Shown in pieces: positions 48,999 through 57,415 of a DNA stretch of 64,000 bases. The position numbers were made by a program, and so were the translations under genes. A model generated the notes under the pieces. It saw only the letters and a list, made by a program, of their open reading frames with translations, did not search any database and was not told where the DNA came from. Numbering within the stretch: the stretch's first letter is position 1; every line of letters starts with the position of its first letter. Origin of the DNA: Candidatus Latescibacterota bacterium. GTDB lineage: Bacteria > Latescibacterota > UBA2968 > GCA-2709665. Location: NCBI GenBank assembly GCA_965226795.1, contig CBDDDZ010000005.1, forward strand, positions 480,001-544,000. The letters are read 5' to 3'.

Positions 48999-50999
48999 AT
49001 GGCTACCCGAAAGAAAAAGACCCAACCGGAAAAGCCCACTGATCCCTTTTCGGAACTCACGTGGGAAGACCTGGAGGAATGGGCCGGCAATCGCATCGTT
49101 GCCCGGGGTCGGTCCTATGCGAGAAAAGGGGCTGTTCAGGAATTGAAACGCGCCGAAGACGGGGCCCTGATAGCCTGGGTGCTGGGTAGCCATCGCTACG
49201 CCACCCGGGTGAGCGTTGAGGGAAGAAAGGACCTGATATCCGGATGTACCTGTCCCTACTGGACGACGTGCAAACACGGGGTGGCTGTCGTGGTGGAATA
49301 TCTGGAAATGGCAAAGACCGGAACTGCCGTCGGCCGGGTTGAGGCAGACGACCCGCGGCTTGAGGAGTTGGATGCAATCACGGAAAACTCCGAGGAGCCG
49401 CTGGAATTCGACGTGGAGGAACTGGAAGAGGAGCCCGTCGAGACACTTTCGGATAACAATGGGTCAGGGCAATCCCGGCACTCTTCTTTGCGCGCGCACC
49501 TGCAAGAGCATACCAGGGCCGAACTTGTAGAGCTGCTGCTGGAACTCGCCGAAACGCACGACGAAGTGCGCCGGTCGCTTGAGGACAGGCGCAACCTGAC
49601 CTCGGGACAGACCCACAAAGTGCTGAAAAAGATACACTCCGAGATCGCAGCCCTGGAAGAACCCGTATGGGAAACTGATGATTACGGGTACCATCCGGCC
49701 AGTACAGAGCGCCTCAAAGCGATGCTCCAGGCGCTGGTGGCGGCCGGACAGTTTGACGCGGCGGTGCGACTGGGACCGGAACTACTGGCCGCGGGTTGCC
49801 GCGCGATGGAGTACGACCAGGAGGGAGAGTCAAGCGAAGCAATCGGCGCCTGCCTCGACGTTCTTTTCCAGGCCCTGGATACGACTTCCATGTCGCCCGC
49901 GAACCGGATCGAATGGGTTCTGGACATGGCCCTGGCCGACGAGTACGAACTTTGCTGCCACGGATTGGAAAACTTCAAGGATAAAGACTATGCGAAAAAC
50001 GATTGGTCTGCGGTGTGCGACCGCTTGGCGCAACGTCTCGAGGCCAATAGACCCCCGCGCGGAGGTGATGGACTTTCGACTGACTACAAACGGGACCGAA
50101 TTGTCGACTGGCTCATTCGCGCCATGGAAGTGGCTGGCAGGCAGAAAGAAATCGTCCCTCTGTGCAAGCGCGAAGCCCCCATCACCCTATCATTCAATCG
50201 CCTGGTGGACCGCCTGATGGCCGAGTGCAAGTGGGACGAGGCGAGGCACTGGTGCAGGCAGGGGCTTGAGGCGATTTCCGACCGGTATCCAGGCCTGCAC
50301 GCCGCGCTTCGAGAGCAACTGCAGACCATCAACCAGCGCAGCGGCAATCCACTCGCCGGGTTGGCCCTGCAGGCGGAGGAATTTTTCGCAAGACCCGGAT
50401 CAGACGATTTCCAGGCATTGTGCAAAGCTGCCCGCGAACTGGGCGTTGAGGAGGGCGTCGAGGCGTGGGGGCGGTACTATCTGCGAACCGGCCGGCGACC
50501 TCGAATCGGCAGGAAACGCGAGAGCGACCCGGAGATGGATTGGCCCCTGCCGGTCCCCGAAGTCGAAATGCCGCCGCCACGCGGCGACAATGAGGCGCCT
50601 ATGGTGGACGTGCTGGTCCAACTGGCCATTGCGGAGAAGAAGCCGAACGAGGTTGTGAAGTGGTACGACCATTCCCGTCGAACCAAAGCTGCGCACTGGA
50701 TGCGTGACATTTCCCTCGACGACGAGGTGGCCGACGCCATCGCGTCGACGCATCCCGACCGGGCGGTGGCAATTTGGAGAGAACTGGCGGAGCAGCTGAT
50801 CGCCCGGGTAAAGCCGAGGGGATACCAGGAGGCCGTTCCCTATCTGCGCCAGGTCAGAGATGTACTCATCCGGTCAGGTCGCGAGGGGGAATGGGAAGAG
50901 TACCTGGCCGCCTTGAGACAGCAGAACAAGCGCAGGCCCCGATGCCTGGAGGAACTGGATCGGCTGGAGGGTGGCCGCCGGCGCATTGTCGACGGCTGA
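48999..50999 (+). CDS. SWIM zinc finger family protein
   Basis: ARGRSY, GSHRY, CTCPYWTTCKH; helical C-terminus ending NKRRPRCLEELDRL. Confidence 0.88.
   Translation: MATRKKKTQPEKPTDPFSELTWEDLEEWAGNRIVARGRSYARKGAVQELKRAEDGALIAWVLGSHRYATRVSVEGRKDLISGCTCPYWTTCKHGVAVVVEYLEMAKTGTAVGRVEADDPRLEELDAITENSEEPLEFDVEELEEEPVETLSDNNGSGQSRHSSLRAHLQEHTRAELVELLLELAETHDEVRRSLEDRRNLTSGQTHKVLKKIHSEIAALEEPVWETDDYGYHPASTERLKAMLQALVAAGQFDAAVRLGPELLAAGCRAMEYDQEGESSEAIGACLDVLFQALDTTSMSPANRIEWVLDMALADEYELCCHGLENFKDKDYAKNDWSAVCDRLAQRLEANRPPRGGDGLSTDYKRDRIVDWLIRAMEVAGRQKEIVPLCKREAPITLSFNRLVDRLMAECKWDEARHWCRQGLEAISDRYPGLHAALREQLQTINQRSGNPLAGLALQAEEFFARPGSDDFQALCKAARELGVEEGVEAWGRYYLRTGRRPRIGRKRESDPEMDWPLPVPEVEMPPPRGDNEAPMVDVLVQLAIAEKKPNEVVKWYDHSRRTKAAHWMRDISLDDEVADAIASTHPDRAVAIWRELAEQLIARVKPRGYQEAVPYLRQVRDVLIRSGREGEWEEYLAALRQQNKRRPRCLEELDRLEGGRRRIVDG
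50743..50995. repeat. 253-bp direct repeat, copy A (3' end of the SWIM gene)
   Basis: Matches 53490-53742 with three mismatches by eye. Confidence 0.95.
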
Positions 51000-51002
51000 G
51001 CC

Positions 51003-51115
51003 TGGACCTTGCCCAAGTATTACGTCGGGCTTCCGCCAACGCATATTTCACACGAAGCCACAAAGACACGAAGGGAGACCCGAAACCTGTAACTTTCGTA
51101 CTTTGCGATACGTCC
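51003..51115. repeat. Junction repeat R, copy 4 (5' portion)
   Basis: TCGGGCTTCC...ACGCA..TTTCACACGAAGCCACAAAGACACGAAGGG..ACCC..TAACTTTCGTACTTTGCGATAC aligns with about 38232-38330. Confidence 0.6.
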
Positions 51116-51619
51116 CGGATGCGGGTTGCCCTGACCCCGATCTGCCTCACGAACGAATTAACCGCGCCCTGGACATTTTAGAGTCACCCTAGCCTCGGCG
51201 TGAAGAGATAATGCTTCGAGATTGGTTCAAGTCAGTCTAATACGGGGGAGTATCGCTCGCTAGGTACTTGATCGACCGAATACTTGAAACCGGTCTCGAA
51301 CCTGCCTCGCCCACGGCGCCGCTTCCGCCGATCCAACTGAAGGATATTGAACTTCTATGCTGGATTGGCATTGAGCCGGAGGACGACGAGGAAAAATGTG
51401 TGAGCTCCTAGGGCCTCACGCTTCGTGATTTCCTATAGAGACCGTTCTATTTCATGCGGTATGTTTTTCCGTTCCAGAACATTACGCTAAGTTAAGGAGA
51501 ACATCCCCTATGGCCGACGAATGGAGCGCGGAAGCCGCCGGAGCATTACTTGGAGCATTTCGTCAGCATGTCCTGCTCCGTCCGGAGCGATCGATCAAGT
51601 TTGGAGTCGACCACACCCG

Positions 51620-53173
51620 ATGAACGTCGAGGACCGTCTGCTGCTGTCCGGCCGCAACCTCCTCGGCAGTCTGTCGCGCGACGACGGCTACCTGCCGTAC
51701 TGGCACATGGCCGTCGACGGGGAGCTGGGCGCCATGTACCAGTTTCGGCCATACTGCACCGGCCACAACGTCGGACGCTGGTGGAACACAATGCTGCGGC
51801 TCGAGCGCGCAGCCGGCTTCGAGGTCCCCGTGGAGATGGAAGCGGCGATGCTGGAGAACAGCCGGCGCCTGTCCAACAACGCCAGCGGCATCTTCCTCGA
51901 GGACGTCGACCCCCGGGACCCGGCGACCTGGTACATCCACTCCTACCGCGAGACCATGCTGTCCGTCGGACTGCTTGTCGAATGCCGCGGCAGCGGCCGC
52001 GCCGCCGAGTGGGGCAACCGGGCGATCGAGGGGATGAGCCGCGCCAGCCGGGACCTGATGGAGTGGAGGTTCTCGTTCGACGGCGGACCTGTGCGGGCAA
52101 AGCACGGCAACAGCGCCGCCCCGGCCTACACCCACGGCCGCGCCATCGAGGGCCTGCTCTGTTTCCACGCGGCCACCCGCGAGCCGGCCGCCCTCGAGGA
52201 AGCGGAGCGCCTGGCCGATTTCCACTTCGGACACCTGGTGAACGCAGACGGCAGCCTCGCCGGGGGCTGCGGCCACCACACCCACTCGTACCTAAACACC
52301 CTCCGCGGCCTGCTGATGCTGGCGGTGCTCCAGGGTTCGCGCGAACGCCAGGAGCTGATATACAAGACCTACCGGGAGGCCGTATCCGGGATGATCACTC
52401 GCTCAGGGTTCGTCACCCACGACATCGGCGACCGCTATGGCGGCGACATCGCCTCGGCGGGAGACATCGCCCACATCGCCCTGTTGCTATGGGACCTGTT
52501 CGCCGACCCCGGACTGCTCGACGATGCCGAGCGCATCGCGCGGGCCCGGCTGTTCCCGGCGCAGGTGCGGGAACCGGTTCCGATCCGGCCTGCCGAAGCA
52601 GCCGGCTCCCGCGACTGCTACCGCGACCTCCCCAACCGTTTCGTGGGAGCCATCGGCGGCTTGGTAGGCCACGTCAGCGGCCAGACCTGCGTCACCGATT
52701 TCACCGCCGCTGCCCTGCACAGCCTTATCGAGCTCTGGACCCGGACCGTCGACGTCGAGGGAGAGATCGTCCGCGTCAACTTCCACTTCGACCGCGAGCT
52801 GCCGGAGGTGGGGGTGCAGGCGGAGCGCGACGAAAACGGGGGCCGGGTCACCGTGGTCAACCGAACCGGAAAGGAGCTGCGGCTGCGTTTCCCGGGCTGG
52901 GCCGATGAGGGGACCTGCTCGGTGACCGTCGACGGGCGGCCTTTCGAGGCAACGGTGGAGAACGGGTTCGTGGTGGTGGCGCAGGGTGAAGGGGCTACGA
53001 CCAGCGAGCTGCGCTTCGCTGTTCCCGAGTACGAGGAGGAGGAGCTGTCGCGGGACAAGTCCGCCGAAGAGGAGACGGTGACCTTTCGCTGGCGCGGCGA
53101 CGAGATCGCCGACGTCAGCAGCGGCGGGCCCTACATGGAGCCGCATCCGGCATTGTGCCAGTCGCTGCTGTAG
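51620..53173 (+). CDS. GH127-like (alpha/alpha)-barrel + beta-sandwich protein; very GC-rich
   Basis: LEEAERLADFHF, LLDDAERIAR, LRLRFPGWA, VTVDG; start placed where the C/G-ending codon style begins. Confidence 0.55.
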   Translation: MNVEDRLLLSGRNLLGSLSRDDGYLPYWHMAVDGELGAMYQFRPYCTGHNVGRWWNTMLRLERAAGFEVPVEMEAAMLENSRRLSNNASGIFLEDVDPRDPATWYIHSYRETMLSVGLLVECRGSGRAAEWGNRAIEGMSRASRDLMEWRFSFDGGPVRAKHGNSAAPAYTHGRAIEGLLCFHAATREPAALEEAERLADFHFGHLVNADGSLAGGCGHHTHSYLNTLRGLLMLAVLQGSRERQELIYKTYREAVSGMITRSGFVTHDIGDRYGGDIASAGDIAHIALLLWDLFADPGLLDDAERIARARLFPAQVREPVPIRPAEAAGSRDCYRDLPNRFVGAIGGLVGHVSGQTCVTDFTAAALHSLIELWTRTVDVEGEIVRVNFHFDRELPEVGVQAERDENGGRVTVVNRTGKELRLRFPGWADEGTCSVTVDGRPFEATVENGFVVVAQGEGATTSELRFAVPEYEEEELSRDKSAEEETVTFRWRGDEIADVSSGGPYMEPHPALCQSLL

Positions 53174-53489
53174 GGAGGTTGCCGGGGGCCTGGTGCCGCC
53201 TGGCGGATTGGTTCGCCCGATAGAAGGGTGATCGGCAGGCGGAAGGGTGTCCCGAAGCCAGCCTCTCCCGCTGAGTGAGCTCAAGGCAGCGTCGCTTACC
53301 TGGGAACGCGGTTCGGAAAGCAAATAGGCGGGAAGTGGTCCTGGAGGGGCCGCGGATTCGTCCCTCCCTTTCGCCGAACCAGTCGCCACACCGGGGGACC
53401 GCGACTCACTCCAGGCAGTTGAACATCGTCGTGATGCCCCGAACATCCCGGGAAAGCGCAACAGCTCCGGGTCCTGAGCGCGGGCTGGA

Positions 53490-53746
53490 CGTCGACGCAT
53501 CCCGACCGGGCGGTGGTAATTTGGAGAGAACTGGCGGAGCAGCTGATCGCCCGGGTAAAGCCGAGGGGATACCAGGAGGCCGTTCCCTATCTGCGCCAGG
53601 TCAGAGATGTACTCATCCGGTCAGGTCGCGAGGGGGAATGGGAAGAGTACCTGGCCGCCTTGAGACAGCAGAACAAGCGCAGGCCCCGATGCCTGGAGGA
53701 ACTGGATCGGCTGGAGGGTGGTCGCCGGCGGATTGTCGACGGATAA
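53490..53746 (+). pseudogene. 253-bp direct repeat, copy B (orphan 3' end of the SWIM gene)
   Basis: Encodes IWRELAEQLIARVKPRGYQEA...RRIVDG*, as in the SWIM protein. Confidence 0.92.
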
Positions 53747-53805
53747 GCCAGGTCTGCCGGGTCGATAATCCGGTATCGAAGAAAACGGAAAAACGGAGGT
53801 GAACC

Positions 53806-54594
53806 ATGGATCTGAATCTGAAGGGAAAAATCGCGCTTGTGACCGGCGCGAATCGCGGAATCGGTCTCGCAACGGCAATCGGTCTGGCCACGGAAGGGTG
53901 CGACATTGCCATCTGCGCAAGGCGTGAGGAGACGCTCGCAGAGGCGTCCGAGCAGATTGGAGCGCTCGGTGTCCGGGTTGCCGCCATTCAGGCCGACGTG
54001 CAGAATCCTGACGACGCTGAGCGGTTTGTGCACGAAGCGGCCGCGCAACTCGGCGGGATCGATATTCTGATCAACAACGTGGGCGGCCGATCCGGCGACA
54101 GGCTGATGGATTCGACGGATGAAGATTGGGTGGAGACCTTCGACAAGAACGTGTTTCAGGGAGTTCGATTGACGCGCCTCGTGGTCCCTCATATGCGGGC
54201 GCGCGGCGGGGGGTCGGTGGTGTTCATTTCCTCCATCTCGGGATGGATACCGCAGTTGAGCGGCGCGGTGCAGTACGGCGCGTCCAAGGCCGCTCAAATC
54301 TTCATGGCCGAACCCATAGCGCTTGAACTGGTGCATGACCGGATCCGGGTGAACGTGGTATCGCCGGGATCGATTATCTTTGAAGGAGGCGGGTGGGATG
54401 GGTTGCGGCAAGAAAAACCGGAGGCGTTCGCCGCTTACGAGAAGAACGGATTTCCCATGGGCGGACTCGGCTCGCCCGAAGACGTCGCGGACGTGGTCGT
54501 GTTTCTGGCTTCGGACCGCGCCCGCTGGGTGAATGGCGAAAACATCCGGGCCGACGGCCTTGAGCAGCCTGTTCCGGTGGCACGTCCCTGGTAA
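53806..54594 (+). CDS. SDR family oxidoreductase
   Basis: TGANRGIG, NNVG, YGASKAA, NVVSPG. Confidence 0.92.
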   Translation: MDLNLKGKIALVTGANRGIGLATAIGLATEGCDIAICARREETLAEASEQIGALGVRVAAIQADVQNPDDAERFVHEAAAQLGGIDILINNVGGRSGDRLMDSTDEDWVETFDKNVFQGVRLTRLVVPHMRARGGGSVVFISSISGWIPQLSGAVQYGASKAAQIFMAEPIALELVHDRIRVNVVSPGSIIFEGGGWDGLRQEKPEAFAAYEKNGFPMGGLGSPEDVADVVVFLASDRARWVNGENIRADGLEQPVPVARPW

Positions 54595-54754
54595 TCGCGA
54601 AGCGGTAGGGGTAAAACGCCCACGAGCGGAGGAAGAACCACCGTGCGTGGTTGAAACTGCGAGTCGACGGCCCGCAACAGGCGTATTCCCATCGTCTGAA
54701 AAGGGGGCGCCATGGGTCGCGTCAGGACACCGGAAACATAGAGGACGTAGCGGG

Positions 54755-55414
54755 ATGAGGGGCTTGAACGAAGATCTGAATACGAGGCGGTCGCGGACGC
54801 GGGAGATTATCAAAAAACTGAACGGCATTTACCCCGGCGTCGAGTGTTCGCTGACCTATGGGAATCCGCTTCAGTTGTTAATCGCCACGATTCTTTCGGC
54901 GCAGTGTACGGACGAACGGGTCAATATGGTGACGCCCGGCCTTTTCGAGCGGTGTCCGACGGCCGCGGATTTTGCCGACGCGCCGCTGGAGGAATTGGAA
55001 GACCTGATCCGTTCGACGGGGTTCTTTCGCAACAAAGCGCGAAACATCCAGGGCTGCTGCCAGGCGCTGGTCGATATCCACGGCGGCGAGGTACCGCGTT
55101 CCATGGATGAACTGGTGGCGTTGGACGGCGTTGGAAGAAAGACAGCCAATGTCGTTCTGGGCAACGCGTTCGGCATCGCCGCAGGCGTAGTGGTGGATAC
55201 GCACGTGCGCCGGATTTCCAATCGATTGGGTCTGACCCGGCGCCAGGACCCGGTCAAAATCGAGCAGGATCTGATCGCGCTGGTACCGAGGAAAGACTGG
55301 GTGGATTTTCCGCATCTGTTCATTCATCACGGACGGGCGATATGCAGCGCCAGGAAGCCGGATTGTGAGGGCTGCGGCGTGGGCGCGCTGTGCCCGTCAC
55401 AAGGAAGGGCTTGA
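54755..55414 (+). CDS. nth: Endonuclease III
   Basis: LIATILSAQCTDERVN, LDGVGRKTANVV, VDTHV, C-x6-C-x2-C-x5-C. Confidence 0.95.
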   Translation: MRGLNEDLNTRRSRTREIIKKLNGIYPGVECSLTYGNPLQLLIATILSAQCTDERVNMVTPGLFERCPTAADFADAPLEELEDLIRSTGFFRNKARNIQGCCQALVDIHGGEVPRSMDELVALDGVGRKTANVVLGNAFGIAAGVVVDTHVRRISNRLGLTRRQDPVKIEQDLIALVPRKDWVDFPHLFIHHGRAICSARKPDCEGCGVGALCPSQGRA

Positions 55415-55728
55415 CAATTTCCCTTCGCGAAATTTCCATTACAGGCACATGTTGCGCGATCAAAATCGGATAGCTCCCCGGTGTTTTTGTGGGCGGTGAA
55501 TTTTCTGCAAATTTTTAAAAATTGGGTCTTGACTTTCGACATTCGGAACGATAAATTTTGTCCGAAAAATTCGACCCGTACGGTTTGGATCGGATCCGGT
55601 TCCGATGAGAAAAGTTGCGGCGATTCGGGTGCAACTTCGGTAGAACTGTAGCAACATCGTTACGGATTGTCGATATCGGGTGCAGTTTACGGGAATCACA
55701 TGTGGCGCCGGGGAGGCAAAAAGTGAAC

Positions 55729-56163
55729 ATGACTAAGAAACTGACTCCTGAAAGGCTGGCGTTTTACAGGAAGCTGCTGCTGGATAGAAAAAAAGACCTG
55801 CTGAAGCACACCCTCCTGGAAGATGCAGACATCAACGAACTGAGGAGAGACCACTCCGCGGATCCGTTCGATATGGCCGGCAACGCGACTTCGCTGGAGT
55901 TGATGGCGGCGCTGGGAAATAACGAAAGGCGGGAGCTTGCAGAGATTGATCATGCCCTGGGCAAGATCGAAAATGGCACGTACGGTATCTGCGAGGTGTC
56001 CGGGGAGTTGATCGGCGAACTCCGGCTGGAAGCCATCCCCACGGCGCGGTATACCATGCAGGTTCAGCAGGAACGGGAACGGAATCCTCAAATCATCGAC
56101 CGTCCAAAGCGGAGAGTAATTTCCGCCGAGGACCTGCCGATGAGCAGCGACGACGATTCATAA
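55729..56163 (+). CDS. TraR/DksA-family regulator
   Basis: DPFDMA (DxxDxA), EIDHALGKIENGTYGICEVSGELIGELRLEAIPTARYT. Confidence 0.88.
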   Translation: MTKKLTPERLAFYRKLLLDRKKDLLKHTLLEDADINELRRDHSADPFDMAGNATSLELMAALGNNERRELAEIDHALGKIENGTYGICEVSGELIGELRLEAIPTARYTMQVQQERERNPQIIDRPKRRVISAEDLPMSSDDDS

Positions 56164-56182
56164 GGCGGGGCGAAATGAAATC

Positions 56183-56219
56183 AAAAAAGGGCGATTCGGG
56201 ATCGGGTCGCCTTTTTTTG
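56183..56219. terminator. Bidirectional intrinsic terminator
   Basis: AAAAAAGGGCGATTCG-loop-CGGGTCGCCTTTTTTT. Confidence 0.8.
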
Positions 56220-56309
56220 TGGCAGGTACCATTAAGGGTGGTAGCATCCCGGCAACGTTGCGCACGCATTAAACGCCACCACGATTAACTTCAACTCAGG
56301 TTGACATCC

Positions 56310-57272
56310 ATGTCTTACACCAGGCAAATCGTGCGTCAACTGGACATACTCAGAGAGCTCATGTCGCGGACTTATGGAGCGACAATCCAGGATCTCGTAG
56401 GAAAATTCGGGGTAACACGGCGGACAATAGAGCGAGATCTTGACAACCTGGGCGACGCTGGCTTCACGATATATCCGGAAAAGCAGGGGCGCCAGAACCA
56501 GTGGAAACTCATTCACGACAAGGAGATGCCGCCCCTGAACTTCCCTGTAGGCGAACTCATCACCCTGACCTATATCGGCGGCATCCTGGAAGGAACACCA
56601 TTCAAAGACGAGTTTCAGAAAACCCTGAACAGGATCCGGACCACGCTGCCGGATAAGATGCGCGCATTCCTGGAACAGGCGGCCTATCATCCGCATATTC
56701 GAGGGCAGAAGGCGCAGGTCTCCCCGCAGGTATTCGCAATGGCGCATCGCGCAATCACGGAACGACGAATTTGCAACGTAACCTACCGCGCGATCACCAC
56801 CGGACAAAGCAAGACGTATTCGATCATACCTTTCAGGTTCTTGTACCATTATGATGGTGTATATCTGCTTTGCCGCAATCCGAACTATGACAATTTGCTG
56901 ACCCTGGCAGCGGAGCGGATCCAGGAACTCGAGGTCACATCCCAGTCTTTCGAGGATTCCATCGATTCCAATGTTGAAGAGCAACTTCACCAGGCCTTCG
57001 GTGTAGTACTTGAATCTCCCATGGCGGTTCAAGTTCGCTTCTCGGCATCCCAGGCACCTTATATCAAACAACGGATATGGCATCCCTCACAGGAGATCAA
57101 GGAATTGGATGATGGCGCCATTGTCCTTTCTTTCCGAGCCGGCGGGATGTACGAAATCAAGTCGTGGATTCTGAGCCATGGCGCAAGCGCCGAAGTCCTG
57201 GCGCCAGCGTCCCTGCGGGAGGAAATAATCGAAGAAATCGAGAAAAACCTGAGTTCGTATAAAAAAACCTGA
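56310..57272 (+). CDS. WYL-domain transcriptional regulator (wHTH-WYL-WCX; DriD/PafB-type)
   Basis: N-terminal GVTRRTIERDL wHTH; WYL region VYLLCR..LTLAAERI; WCX IWHPSQ...EIKSWILSHGASAEVLAP. Confidence 0.92.
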   Translation: MSYTRQIVRQLDILRELMSRTYGATIQDLVGKFGVTRRTIERDLDNLGDAGFTIYPEKQGRQNQWKLIHDKEMPPLNFPVGELITLTYIGGILEGTPFKDEFQKTLNRIRTTLPDKMRAFLEQAAYHPHIRGQKAQVSPQVFAMAHRAITERRICNVTYRAITTGQSKTYSIIPFRFLYHYDGVYLLCRNPNYDNLLTLAAERIQELEVTSQSFEDSIDSNVEEQLHQAFGVVLESPMAVQVRFSASQAPYIKQRIWHPSQEIKELDDGAIVLSFRAGGMYEIKSWILSHGASAEVLAPASLREEIIEEIEKNLSSYKKT

Positions 57273-57276
57273 CTAC

Positions 57277-57311
57277 ATACGACTTAGTTCGTCGTATATG
57301 CTGTTTACTTT
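57277..57311 (+). promoter_or_regulatory. Putative WYL operator and promoter: ATACGAC-N7-GTCGTAT plus -10 TACTTT
   Basis: Perfect 7-bp inverted repeat 57277-57283 / 57291-57297; CGTCGT-N10-TA-N3-T spacing to 57306-57311. Confidence 0.7.
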
Positions 57312-57313
57312 GT

Positions 57314-57342
57314 GGCGTGTTCAATTGAGAACGCGCCTTTTT
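57314..57342 (+). terminator. Intrinsic terminator hairpin between the WYL and ATPase genes
   Basis: GGCGTGTTC-AATTGA-GAACGCGCC-TTTTT. Confidence 0.65.
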
Positions 57343-57415
57343 CCTGTACCGCTCCCCCGGTACGCGCGGAGAGGACTCACGTCGAGGTTCGTTGAAGTTT
57401 AAACACCGGGAGAAA

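Noticed and set aside
51200..51619. Upstream extension of the GH127-like gene and small ORFs
   Set aside because: Looks like gene debris (internal stop, MADEWSAE.. fragment) with different codon style; not callable as intact genes.
51550..53500. Long alternative ORFs 51550-52908 (+) and 52487-53500 (-)
   Set aside because: Shadow frames of a very GC-rich gene, with no recognisable motifs.
43088..53746. Diversity-generating retroelement (duplicated gene 3' ends as TR/VR pairs)
   Set aside because: Mismatches are not adenine-specific (C/T, C/G, mostly synonymous) and no reverse transcriptase is present.
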